A stretch of 63,930 nucleotides of DNA, counting the filler, from Craspedostauros australis (taxonomy: Eukaryota), in assembly GCA_030167865.1 (NCBI GenBank). It is 8 parts of 8 records of this genome, joined end to end, with 100 filler letters (N's around TTAATTAATTAA, not from the genome) between each part and the next. Parts side by side here need not be neighbours in the genome. Positions count along the whole stretch, not along the records: positions 45,986 to 52,409 come from JALAGF010004057.1; positions 52,510 to 57,345 come from JALAGF010004059.1; positions 57,446 to 62,339 come from JALAGF010004068.1; 5 more parts are not named here. One strand, 5' to 3'. Below are positions 47,664-60,153 of the stretch, piece after piece; within the stretch, counting starts at the first letter, position 1, and every line of letters begins with the position of its first letter. The position numbers were made by a program, and so were the translations under genes. The notes beneath the pieces were generated by a model, which was not told the DNA's origin, ran no database searches, and was given only the letters and a program-made list of their open reading frames with translations.

Positions 47664-49148
47664 GCGGTGGCGACGGAAGCAAAGAGAAAATAGAAAAGAA
47701 TGGAAGAGGCAGCCATAGAAATATAATAGAGCTTTGGCTTCCTAATCATACAAGTCATACAAATATTCTATGTTGTGTTTGAGCTCTGGGTCGTACGTTA
47801 TCGGCTCAACCCACCGCCTCGGTTGGATCTTCACTATCGCGTGGTTGGCAAAAAGTCGTTCCCTGAATCCAATACGATAAATATCCACAAGGGAAAAACC
47901 TTGCGTCAGGACGCAACTCCATTTTGGGATTGTGGCAGGAAGCTGATTCCCATCGTCGCTGGACAGTGGATGCCAAACAGAAGCAGGCGTGGAAATTGCG
48001 CGCCTTGGCCATGCGGACGGACACGACCGCGGAGGCGCATGGTGCAGAAGGAATGGTTGCCATCGACATCGAACCTGACGAGATGGCAGGTGATGGCAAC
48101 ACAAACGGCAACGGCAACGATGATGAAGATGAGCAGGCACCGAAGGTGAGGAGATGGCGGATGCACGAATAGAAGACGGCGCTGATCATTCTCATCATCA
48201 GAATCAGGAAAGCACCGATGACCATCATGCTGACGATCGGACCAATGACGGAGTATTGGTAGATCAGAATATTGGTGATGATGATGATGGTCACGATGCT
48301 GACGAAGACGGCGAAGAGCAGGTGGAAGACGACGGCGGCAATAAGTGGATATTGACATCTCCGGCTATGTAACCAACTAATGCATCGCAACACAACGTTA
48401 CGCACTCGCTCTCATCGTCCTGGAATCTGTCGCGGCAGTGTAAAAACGACGTGCATGATTGCGGTCACTTTCGTGATACGGAGAGAATCAACTGGATAGG
48501 TGGTTCCGAGCAGTTTAGGTTTCATGGGGTTTTTGCAACGCTCTGACTCTTCTCATACTCGTATGGCGTGCGTTGAATCAAACTTGCAATTCGTGCAATA
48601 CAAATGGGATGGAACAGCCCAAGTGCACCTCACTTGCCGACGAAGGCTGCACGATGACGGCTTGTATCACCTTGCCTCTTGGAACTATGGATGAACCAAG
48701 GGACATTGACGGCACCACTCGATCATTTGCTACACGCGCTGGAGATGGTGGATACCACACTCGACGGCCCAATTGTTCTGAGCAAAACATTGTATCGGCA
48801 CAGCCTGGATGCAGCTGCAAAATCGTTGCCAGTATTGCGTCGCAACGATCCCATCGATGGCGCCGTGATTAATTTGAGGATGGGAGACTTGTTGTAATGA
48901 TTGCTTGGCGCCGACGCGTTGTCGCGGCATGCTGGAGACGGCCACCAACAACATGGTGGTCTGTCACGCAGATGATGATGATGTTGGCTGGTCGGTCAGG
49001 CGGTAAGTCTGTTGGCACCCCCCTGCTTGGTAGTTGGTGAGTCTTGGTGGACGTGCTGAGCGAGCAGATAACTTCGAGCAATCATCTCAATTGGCTCAGC
49101 TCCAAACCAACACAAACATCGCCGTCATCAACGCCGTCGACGTCACCA

Positions 49149-50701
49149 TCACGCCAACGAAGACAAGCACATCTGCCGCGGGCTTGACATTTAACACAGG
49201 CGGAACATCTTCTTGAAGATGTTGCCCGTGCCAGCCACATGCGAGAAGCTGTGGTGCTGCCGGAACAGCTCCAGCGCGGAATTTGTGATGGAAATGAACT
49301 CCTTCGGGCTGACGAAGGGTCCGTGACAGATGTTGGGACGATCAAAGCAGCAGCTGCTCGACATGAGATCTGGCACGTCATGCACCACGCGCTTGCCACC
49401 CAAGTCTACGTCATCGTACCTCTTCTTGTGCGTCTCCAAAGTCACCTGCGACACATCCGACGCAATCGAAATGGGCTGGCCACGATGCGGAATGATGACG
49501 GACGACAAGAATCGACCAGTAGGTGCTGGCTGCAGCGCATGCCGCAGCAAGTAGTGCACGTCGCGCATGTGAGGCAGCTCGTCGGCTTCGGTGTAGTAGA
49601 CGAAATCAAACTCATCCTGGCTGTACACATTCTGCCGCAGCAGCTCCTTCGCCGTGATCGATGTGCCGCACGTCAAGCGATCGAACGACCGCAGATCCTT
49701 GATGAACTGCACGTCATACAGATACCGATTGAGACCGCTCCTTTGCGCGACGTAGTCGTAGTCGGATGGATCTCCCACGAATACGACAACATCTGGGAAC
49801 ACGGCCGCCACCGTCTTGACTGTGATGTTGAGGAACAGCTGGCTGCGTCGCTATTCCGGGCCGCCGAGCTTGACCGCGTAGTACGCTACGATCGCCAAGA
49901 TGTGTCCGTTACGTTGCTCCGAGGCATTGTTGTAGAAGGCGTTGCGCTTGTAGTCATCCTGCATGCCTTCCAACAGCTGGATCGTATCGTCCAGCAGCTC
50001 CGCGCTCCTGCCCGTGATCTTCTCGTAGTACGACAGATGATGCACGAAGAAATCGAACATGTCGACGGCTTGCAGATTCCAGCTCTTCGCGCTCATGGCG
50101 AAGTGACCAAACTCTAGGTTTATGCTCTTGGCTTCATGAAGATGCTACAGGCTGATGCAGCCATTGCTGAGCAAGCGGTTGACGGTGACGAGCCACGCGG
50201 CCGAATAGCCATTGCTGGGCTGTTCTCGCGTCATGCCAGCAAACCGTTGCGTGCTGTCGTTCGCTGTGGATGACGCAGCAGGGAACGTTGTCATGCCGAC
50301 GGTCCCGTCCTCGTTGTCCGCGAATGACACTCCGCGACCCTGCAGCAGATTATCCTTGCTGTACCCTACCATGAACCGCGCGGTCTGTGGCCTGTTGAGA
50401 AGCCGTGGATCGCGTCGAACGGTGGCATCTTCAGCACGCCCGACAGTCCTGACTGAGCGGCTTCCGGCCATTGGGAGCGTGTGGCTGTGGCTGTGGCTGT
50501 GGCTGTGGCTGTGTTACCATCCCCCTTGGACGATGTGATGATGACATCAGGGACATCGAAGAGGTTGGATATGAAGCGGAGCGATGAGATCTGCGCAAGG
50601 CTGAGGAAGATGGCGATGGCAAGGACCGTCCGAAGGATCGGGCCGACCGACCAAGGTGTCGATGATGATGATACTGATACGACTACTGGTGACCTCCTCA
50701 T
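49149..50701 (-). pseudogene. Disrupted type II membrane glycosyltransferase-like gene
   Basis: N-terminal TM (ILRTVLAIAIFLSLAQI), a frameshift near 50400, in-frame TAG at 50145-47 and 49851-53 and probably TAA at 49191-93; FDFVYYTEADE, IIPHR and Cys-rich C-terminal motifs. Confidence 0.7.
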
Positions 50702-51038
50702 GTTGGCATCAGCGCATCCGCGCACGTTCTTTCAGCAGTCCAGAGAGGTCTAATCATGGGCTTGCGACTGCACGTCTGTTCCGACGTGTTGTTTTGTTTG
50801 GCGCCAATTTTCGGAGACTCGTTTTGCCGACTTTCGTTTGATTTCTTTGTTGATCGGACGACTGAAGGTCGAACTGTTTGTCGTGGTGTGTGGGATATCC
50901 GGTAAATAAAATACATCATACCACTTTCTTCGGAAATCGTTCTCATCGTCATTGTCGTGGATTGCATGTCGAAGGGATCATCAGCGCAACGCTCAAAAGG
51001 AGCCTTTGCGGGTCACCTCTTTCGTTACCTGTACTGGA

Positions 51039-51463
51039 CCCATCGCCTTCCAAGCGTGCGACCTAGCATGCGATCACGAGAGCGAATGTGTCTACCTTGC
51101 CTTCTGTTTCTCTGTTTGCATTGGAGACGCATTCCTCGATGTCTTGTTGGTTGTTCGCACTCTGCCCATCGCCTTCCGAGCGTGCGACCTAGAATGCGAT
51201 CACGAGAGCGAATGTGTCTGCCTTGCCTTCTGTTTCTCTGTTTGCATTGAAGACTCATTCCTTGATGTCTTGTTGGTAGTTCGCACTCTTCCCATCGCCT
51301 TCCGAGGGTGCGATCATAGCATGCGATCATGCATGCGATCATAGGAGCGGATGTGTCTGCCTTGCCTTCTGTTTCTATGTTTGCATTGACGACTCGTGCC
51401 TCGATGTATTGTTGATAGCTCGCACTCCACCCATCGCCTTCCGAGCGTGCGACCTAGCATGCG
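51039..51463. repeat. 126-bp tandem repeat, about 3.3 units
   Basis: cccatcgccttcc starts at 51039, 51165, 51291 and 51430; the third unit has a ~13-bp internal duplication. Confidence 0.93.
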
Positions 51464-51844
51464 AACAAAGACGAGGATGAGTATTACCGCTTTGGCTGTT
51501 CGGTCCGTGTGCGTGAAAGTAAAGAACATCTGTGGAAGTCGAAGGATGAGTGTCAGAGTGCGTGGTACGAGGACAGCGTGTGCGATGGGGGATGACGCAG
51601 CATCAATACGTACGAAACGGTACGAAAGGGTACCACTACCAATGGTTGACACCTCGGCTGCCCACTACCACCGTCACGGATGCAAATGACAAACGTGGTG
51701 CAAATGCCACCACGCCCCCACTGATGAGTGCGATCAAGGCATTGTTGCTGCAGAGAAGCGAAGTTGCTCTCTCTGCCTCGCCGAACATTGATCTTGCCGA
51801 CATGCCTGAACTCGTTTGGAACATTTATTTCCTCACCCTCACAA

Positions 51845-51937
51845 TCCATCAACACCCTCATCCATCAACACCCCTCATCCATCAACACCCCTCATCCATC
51901 AACACCCCTCATCCATCAACACCCCTCATCCATCAAC
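51845..51937. repeat. 17-bp minisatellite (tccatcaacacccctca)n, about 5.5 copies
   Basis: Direct reading. Confidence 0.9.
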
Positions 51938-52071
51938 CACCACCACGCACACTCGAGAGAGAGAGAGCCCAAGTTGCGCACGTGCCATTCACATCTTTGT
52001 CACTGGTGCGATCGACGCAAAACTCACTGACACAACCGCAGTTGCAGCCGCAGCCACATTCATATCCAACA

Positions 52072-52409
52072 ATGAATACGTTGCCTACACTGCCAGGTGC
52101 AAACCTCGTCGATGGAGGTGATGAGAATCCTGAACCACGTGCTCAGGAGGCAGGATGGACCTGTGGAGGTAGGAGGGTTCCTTTGGCGTTCCTGGTCGCC
52201 GGTGTAGCTGGTGTAGCTGGTGCCATTGCAGCAGTCGTAGTGTTTCTCCTAAGTGACGAGAGCAGCAGCAACAACAACACAAATGCCCCTACTGCTCGAC
52301 CATCACAAAATCCAACCCTCACACCGACGGAGATACCGAGTGATCGGCCATCACAATATCCAACCCACTCACCGACGGAGATACCAAGTGATCTACCCTC
52401 AGATATACC
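52072..52409 (+). CDS. 5' part of a membrane-anchored protein with a PT/PS-repeat stalk
   Basis: TM LAFLVAGVAGVAGAIAAVVVFLL, then APTARPSQNPTLTPTEIPSDRPSQYPT..., open to the gap. Confidence 0.7.
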
Positions 52410-52509
52410 NNNNNNNNNNNNNNNNNNNNNNNNNNNNNNNNNNNNNNNNNNNNTTAATTAATTAANNNNNNNNNNNNNNNNNNNNNNNNNNNNNNNNNNN
52501 NNNNNNNNN

Positions 52510-54037
52510 CAGGATCCGACCACGCCACCACCACCTTGCGGCCCTTGTCATACGTCGGCTGACGACCGTGCGATGTCGAAAAGTTGTCGATCATCACCAG
52601 ATCGCCCTGCTGCCAACGATTGAACACCATGTTCCTGTGGATGGCGCTGCGGATGATGTGCATCTCCCGCGGCGAGATGGCGCTGCCATCGCCGAAGGTC
52701 ACGTGCAGGGCCATCTTCTGGCGCAGCAGGCCGTACCAGATCATGGAGAACGCCGTCACGCGCGCAGCATGCCACAGCAGTCGCCATTGCTTGGTGCGTC
52801 GGAAGGCAGCGACCAGGTCGGCAGGGAACGTGGTGGGATGGAAGACCTGCGCATGGTTGAACCACACTGGCTGCTTGGTCTGCGGATGCAGCTGGAAGGC
52901 ATCCGACACGTACTCGCTGACGAAGGTGTCGTTGTTCTTGCCTTCCCATTGCATGGTGAGGTCCTCCTCCTTGGCGAGGGCCTCGACGACGGCCTTGTCA
53001 GTGGTTCCAAACACATCCGACCAACCTTGCATGGCTGCCACGTCGTGCGTCCAACGCGCCCCGTTCTTGTGATGCGTGCGCGTGTACTTCAGTTTCTTTG
53101 TCAGCAGCTTTTCAAACAGTTTGGGCGCCCTCGTCTGGATGTCGGTGTAGACCTTGCGAAAGTCCGCGAGTGCCGTCTCACCGCCGGCCGTCTTGGGTGC
53201 CTGCAGGGCGCTGAAGAAGAGCTGCTTTGGTGGGGCGGGCAGGAAGCTCATTTCGATGTGCTGCGCGATGGGAAAGTACGACGGTGCCTCGGCGGCCGAG
53301 AAGATGTAGTTGGTGTTGGGCTGCACGTCGCGCGGTGATGTTCCGCGGTATTGATTGTTGAGGTTGGGCTGGTAGGATTGGATGGCGGCCTCGACGTCGC
53401 TCGCCTGTTGGATGTCGAATCCGCGGAAGAGGATGGCACCGTAGTGCAGCATCTGTCGATCGAGCCATTCTCGATGCGTCTTCATGAAGGTCTGGAGGAA
53501 CTGCAATGATGATGATTGGTCTGTGCTGGGAGAGATGACCAAGGGCATACTTGCAGTATTGGCGGAGTCATTGATATTCCTCTCGCTTCCCCTTTGTCTT
53601 TGTCTTCGGCTTCCGTTTTGCGTTTGCGTTTGGCCATCAGGTTTGTCGCTGAGGAGCGAGATGGTGACACCATGTAGCTGGGGAAGAGTGTCGATGTGTG
53701 TGTTGATGCGTGCGTCAATGTCGAGAATGTCGGAAGGAGTGACCATGGCAGGCAGGAATGCTGTGGATGGCTGTTGTGTCAGCTCACGATCAACATCGGA
53801 TCCATCATGCTGCCATGCATGTGACTTGTGATTGTCTTGATCTGTGTCGCACTCGGGGCACAGCTGATAGTGCAAGGGATGTCCAGAGATGAGTTTCGTG
53901 CTTGGCTGTCGGATCCTTGGCGTCATCGTGAAGGCAGATGCGAATGGAGATGTGTCATGCTGACTGATGAGGGCTGCTGCCGAGAGCACGGTCGCGAGCA
54001 CGGTCGCGAGCACGGCGGTTGTTCGTTTCAGTCCCAT
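52510..54037 (-). CDS. Duplicate rendering of the TauD/SyrP-like dioxygenase, 3'-truncated at the contig end
   Basis: 52510-54110 is the reverse complement of 45986-47586, with an identical translation. Confidence 0.85.
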
Positions 54038-56640
54038 GGTTGTTCTCTTGTTTGTTCGTTGGAAGGGTTTGGTTGTGCGTGGGGACATGTAGTATTGTAA
54101 TATGCTGTTGGTGTTGTTCGTGTTGTGATCGATTGATTTGATGTTGTGACTCAATGAAGAGTACGTACGTTTCTGTTGTTTCTGTTGTTCTTGTGTTTGG
54201 TTTCGTTTGACCGGATCGCAATTTTGTGAGGGGAAGAGAGAGATGTCACGAGATCAGTTTCGGCGTGCGTTGATGTGTTTTCGTGTGGTTGTTTCGGTTC
54301 TGTTCCCTTTTGTTCATGAGCACGAGAACATGGAACAAATTCGAACAGACGAAATCGATTGCTTCGACTCAACCAACATCGATTCATGGCAAAACGGGAG
54401 TGGGACCACTTCCCTTCGTTCATTCGATTTCCCACACAAGAGCAATCATCGCGTTTCGGCATCTCTAGCTTGGTCCCTTTGCGGAGAGAAGCAGAGTCGA
54501 GTAGCTCGTATGGTACCATACAGCAGCAACCTTACAGCAATCTGAACATCACAACAAACAGCGTCACCAGCACACGAGCATCCTGCAGTGCGAATGTACC
54601 AACACAATGTCAGAATCGAGCATGAGCACCATTCATGAGGAACTCAGGCCTTTCCGTACTCTTCTCCCGCACTTTGATCACGGCGGCTTGTGTTGAAATG
54701 GTGTCATGCTGCACCTCTGTCGCGCGCAGAGGAGCAGCGATGCTTATGGGCACAACGAGCTTATGCTTAGTTTCGTGGAAGCACTACTCCACTGCATCCA
54801 ACACAAGTGTCATCTCACCCTCAATACTTCACCGGTGCAGAGGCTGGACAGAAACAGCTTGGCTTTTTCATCCGACACACAAACACACAGACACAGACAG
54901 ACAGACAAAAAGAGAAAATATGAAACAGCCAGATGAATATAGTCTCATCCAAACATACATACAGACAAATGGACAGACACGGACTCAGGCGAACACAGAC
55001 GTACTCGCGCACCCACAACGACCACGATGGCATGTCGAGTAGTCTGCTTTCATATCCTCCGACCGAATGCAATTCACATATCTCCCAGCAACGCGTTCAG
55101 CCACAAGTACCATCCGTACTCCACCATCTTCGTACCATACGAGTATGCATGCACTTACACTTGGAGTTCCTCAGGAAGAAGCACTTTCCATCCGCCTACA
55201 AGTATCAGCGCAGATGTTTCCACGACATGTTCGAAGCACGCTGCTGTCGGATGCTTTTCGAGGTCTAAGTTTGTTTCTGCTTGGTTTCAACTGACACCTT
55301 GAGACGAATCTCAGATCTATTGACTTGAAGTGCTATTCGTTGTGCCAGCGGCAACGTGCGAGTACCAATGTTTCTGGGGGTGAAGAGTATCTTTCCACTC
55401 GATTCCGTGGATCCCGCTCTTTGTCTATGGATCATCCCATCCCCGAAACACAGCAAGCGTCCGCACTTTCAGTTATCGGGTTTGGCCGCCTGTGTCACAA
55501 AACAAATTTCCTCCTTGATGGGCACATGCGTGCGGATTTATTGCCATCCTCCTCCAATCAGTTGCCCATCAACCCATCTGTATCCTGGTTTGCTACTCAT
55601 ACCAGTACGCTCCCTATTGCCGCTACTGCCGCTGTTGCCATTGTGTAGCACACGGACGAGGAGGAAAAACATCTCAACAATCCGGCTTCTCACCTTCCAC
55701 GGATCTCTTGCTAAGTCGAAGCTTGGCGCCAGACTCCACTTCATCGTTCCAATAAATCTGCGTCTTGTGTTGGTCCGCAGGTCCCAAGTAAAACGTCCCT
55801 TGACAACACGGAGTATGGCATCATACCGGTACTCGGCTGGGAATCCGCGGATGGCCACGGATCTCTTTGGTCGATGTTCAGGCTTCTTTTCGTAATCGCA
55901 ATAAATCCGTTACTTCTGTAATCGCTGATGGTGAGATGCCGAGCAAGATACGATATCTTCATGTTGTACCATATCCTTTCGAGATTCTATGCATGGGCGA
56001 TTGACTTCTTGCTCTGACAGCGGTTCGTCACCCCTGACGGTTCGTCGCCGTCCGTTGAGGTGGCAACGAGGGTATCGGAAGACGATCATAGCAATAGGGT
56101 ACGCATCATGGTTCAATCACATCAATTTGTACCGTGAGACTACGAACTCAGTTCGATTCAACCAACTCAAACAAAGTCAGCCACACCATGTTTCGATGCA
56201 AATCAATGCATCGCGCACATTCCGTTGCGTGAGACTGCATCGATGAAGCAGCTCTTCTGCTCTTGTGTCAATCTTTCACTCCTCCACTCTTCTCATAAAA
56301 CGCAAACTCGAGCACAAAGACTCCAGCAATCACAACAGCACAAACCTCAGCAAACAACAACAACCAACAGCAACCATGGGTCGATTCATCCGCAGCGCCA
56401 AGCAACCTCTCAGCGACGAGCAGAGGGCAAAGTTCGAGCAGGCAAGATGTAAGCACTGGACAACCATATGGATATGCAGATATAAGAATGAGTGAAGTAC
56501 TTGGAGGGCAGAGCACTCTCCTTGCCAGATTTGAAGCAACGCGTTGTTGTCTGTTGAGCTGGATGCGTCAGCTCGCACATATACCGACAGCTTCCGTGTC
56601 TCCGTTGCGCTTTCTGGCTTTTGCTTTCTGGATTGTGCCC

Positions 56641-56688
56641 TCTCAGTTGTGCCATCTCAGTTGTGCCATCTCAGTTGTGCCATCTCAT
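56641..56688. repeat. 14-bp tandem repeat (tctcagttgtgcca)x3
   Basis: Direct reading. Confidence 0.85.
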
Positions 56689-57206
56689 TTGCGCACTGTC
56701 ATGCGCTGGTCCACCATCTCACACAATCGCGTCGCTTGATCCCGCCTTGTTACTTATTTACCCTCGCCCGCCGCATTTTGTTGAAACAGGTCTCTCTTTG
56801 TAGCCCAACACTGACCCAGTAGACCCTGATAATATTGATGTCTTTTGTTTGTGTTGTCTGTACTAATAGTGGTTATTGTTGTGGTTGTCAGTGTTGTTGT
56901 CAGCTCTGTTGTTTGCTCATTATGAGATCAATTCCATCTCATCTGCTTTCTGGATCTTGATGTGCGATTCATCATCCCTTTCACCACGTCTTATCCTGTC
57001 ATTCTGACAGTTGCTCAACCAGAATCAACCACTTCATTCTTCAATTTCTACTCAGTTCACCGTGTAGTGGCATGCCTTCATATTTCTGCACGATTGGATG
57101 TCTTGCCTCTTGGTGATATGCTTGTTTCTCATGCATGGTTGCTCGTTTCTCACACATGGTTGATAGGTCACATAACATAGTCATCAGACTCTATCACATG
57201 GGCTCT

Positions 57207-57268
57207 GAATCTCATCATGTGATCTCCGAATCTCATCATGTGATCTTCGAATCTCATCATGTGATCTT
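57207..57268. repeat. 21-bp tandem repeat (gaatctcatcatgtgatctyc)x3
   Basis: Direct reading. Confidence 0.85.
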
Positions 57269-57445
57269 GGTCAGTCGTATTTTGGTCCCATATCTCAATT
57301 TTCCATGTTCTTCCGAGCTCTCCATTATTTTCTACTTAGAGTCACNNNNNNNNNNNNNNNNNNNNNNNNNNNNNNNNNNNNNNNNNNNNTTAATTAATTA
57401 ANNNNNNNNNNNNNNNNNNNNNNNNNNNNNNNNNNNNNNNNNNNN

Positions 57446-58293
57446 GCCACAAGCGTCATGCACTGCATCACGCTGCAGCATGAGGCACCGGAATTGGAGT
57501 ACTGAGTTGAGATCTCTGTAGAGGCCCTGATCTGGAACATGCAACTGCCATTGGAAGTAGAGAAGCAGTCACCATTGGTGGTGCAGAAGGTTATGCCAGC
57601 ATTTCTTGTGCATTTCATTGTCATCGGGGTTCCTTTGAAGGCAGTGACGAATTGAGCTTCTGTGCTCAAGTCCACCTTGAGCTGTTGAGAAAGCTCTGAG
57701 TTGGAAGCGGAGTTGTTGAACACAGCATGGGGCTCTCCCTCACTTGAATCATCCCCAGTGCATGCAAAGAACATCTGGAGGTCTGGAAGACTGCGGACAT
57801 CAAGAATGGCCTTGCGACACGACGCCTCATCCCTGTTGCAAAACAAAGTCTTGATATCTCCCAGAGTGTCATCTGTGGCTGTATCATGTTAATCATAGAT
57901 GGCGACGATGGAGGCATTGAACACAGTTGGAGCCACTGTTGGAGATGCAGTGGGTGCTGGATTTGGAGCGAATGTCTGGGCTGGAGATGGCACCAAGGCC
58001 GGTGCAGATGGCAGTGCAAAAGTTGGTGTGGAAGTTGCAGCCCTGGTGAGAGCAGACATTGGTGGACTAGTTGCTGCCAAGGTCGGGCCAGCTGTTGGTG
58101 CGATTGGGGCTGAGGTTGGTGTTGCTGTTGGTATCCAAGATGCAGCAGTCGGGTTGCTGAACGGAGCCGAGATTGGGGCTTGTTGGGTAGGAGTTGAAGC
58201 CAACGACAGCGCTGATGATGGAGCTGAAGTCAGGGCGCTGGTTGGTGCCACCATTGACATGCCAGGGGTAGTGGTTGCAATAGTGGTTGGCAC
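57446..58293 (-). pseudogene. PT/AP-stalk plus Cys-rich extracellular protein remnant with an in-frame TAA
   Basis: ORFs 57889-58293 and 57394-57846 share one frame and are separated by a single TAA (IYD*HDTATDD). Confidence 0.55.
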
Positions 58294-60153
58294 CTCTGTG
58301 TCTTTGGTCTTCTAGCTGTCCTCCTTCTGATTTTGTCGCTGTCCCTGACACCGTTATCGTTTGTGAGCGTATGGGTGGCTTGCGTGCAAATGCTAAGGGG
58401 CTAGACGGTCAAACATGTCAGTGTTGCTGATCGTCATGCAGCAGATGAAGATCACCACAATCTTTCATCGACAAACTGTTGAGGAAGACCATTTCGACCC
58501 AACTGGCACAGCAATAGGAGAGAATGACGATGGCAACGACGATGGCAACGACGATGACAACGACGATGACAACGATGATGACGATGACAACGATGATGCT
58601 GGTGGTGTCGTCGTAGTGGCAGCATTGGTGCCGTGGTTGTCTCAATGAGACAATACCCCCAAGGCTTTGATGGTTCTGTGTGTACACGTATTGGATGGTG
58701 CCATTGTGCATGTCTTGGTTGGATTTCGATCTATGCATAGTATTGGCAGAGCATGGTGTGACACAAGTGTGTGTACCAACAATGAAGTGCAAGGTGCCGT
58801 AATGGTTCGATTGGCATCAGTGTGACATGTCAGAGATCGTGACGAACCTTGCAAACTCTCCAAAAAGATCGAAGCCGTTGCGACTGGATCGACTCGCATC
58901 TCCCAACAATGTCCACACATCACATTTTGAGACGCTGGATTATGTTTGTGTTTGTTCAGCAAGACTTCAAATCGATAGTGTGAACACCAATGCTCCAACA
59001 CGACGACAATGCAGGAGGACCTGTGCTCGTACTAATACATAAATGACAAGAATGGAAGGAACAGGAGGAGAGGATCACAGCAGGCATGATGCCAATGCCC
59101 ATTCCAGGGACGCGATGGATCGATGGTGGCGCTGTCTCAATCACAGCTCGTTTTGGAAAGCACGACTATAAAATGAACACTTCGTTCATCCACGGAATCA
59201 GAGGGGACGACAGGGCCCGATGTGGAGGCAATGTGACAAAGAGGCAACGAGACAACGTGGCGACGTGCTTCTGTCCAAGGGTGGGGTAGCCTGGGATTCC
59301 ACTGGTACGAGTACTCCATTGTATCATAGAATTTATCTTTCTACTATGTTTTACTGTGATGCATTGTTTTCAAATACAATTTCTGAGAACATGATAGTAG
59401 AGACTGCTATTTCACCGGTGGTGGTACTTGAATGTGGACTGTGCAAGTTGCTCTTGATCATGTTGTGTGTGGTGATCGTTTGTGTTGCTTGTTGTTTTTC
59501 TTTTTTGTTGTTCGTTTTGTTGTTCACAGCGACGTTTTTTGGATGCACCAGCTGACGTTTCTTTGCGAGTTCGACAATCGACAATCGCCTCCGGAACCGC
59601 CGTCGAAACGCACAAACACTACAATTTGCTTGGTGCCAAGGTATCAACAACACCCATGACGGCGCCAATGTAGTTTGTGCTCTTCCGTTGGTGCCAGTCC
59701 CGCATTTCGAGCACAGATAGAACCGAATCGAATCGGCCAATCGGAATCCTCCACGACAACGGAACAAAATTCGTCGTTGGCAAACCTTTCACAAAATTCA
59801 CGTGTGACGTGTGAATCGCGCACCAGCGAATATTGAAGATGTGCCTGTCGCGTCCACTTCTCGCGAAGAAGATGAAACAAGAGCGCAACCTTCGCTCAAA
59901 CAGGGGTCACAGCCAGCATCGCGAATGACCTTTTTGTGCATTTGGTGCCCCCAGCAATGTATCACGTGATTTGCCACTGCGCTGCAAAGAGGCATGTTCG
60001 TTCATCCCCAGTGCTGTTGCTTTCCCTTGTTGCTTTCTGGCACCGTTGCTGTGCCTGTCGGATTGCCCACACACATCATCTCCAATAGTTGTATTCTTAC
60101 GCATACCTACCAACCAACCAAGTAATCGTCTTCCCAACCTTCAACTCGTCATC

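Noticed and set aside
49239..50117. 292-aa plus-strand ORF, and similar shadows such as 46758-47528, 41271-41894 and 9141-9884
   Set aside because: Antisense shadows of GC3-biased genes on the opposite strand.
49851..50147. Amber recoding or an alternative genetic code
   Set aside because: TAG ends intact genes in this window (4370-4372, 43294-43296), and the same locus also has a frameshift, so pseudogenisation is the simpler explanation.
51039..51463. CRISPR-like or hammerhead-ribozyme array
   Set aside because: There are no unique spacers, no cas genes and no CUGANGA/GAAA core in the unit.
52510..54110. Apparent inverted duplication of the dioxygenase gene
   Set aside because: The identical 1601 bp lie at the ends of two separate contigs that dovetail into one locus, most simply an assembly overlap at a repeat or haplotype branch.
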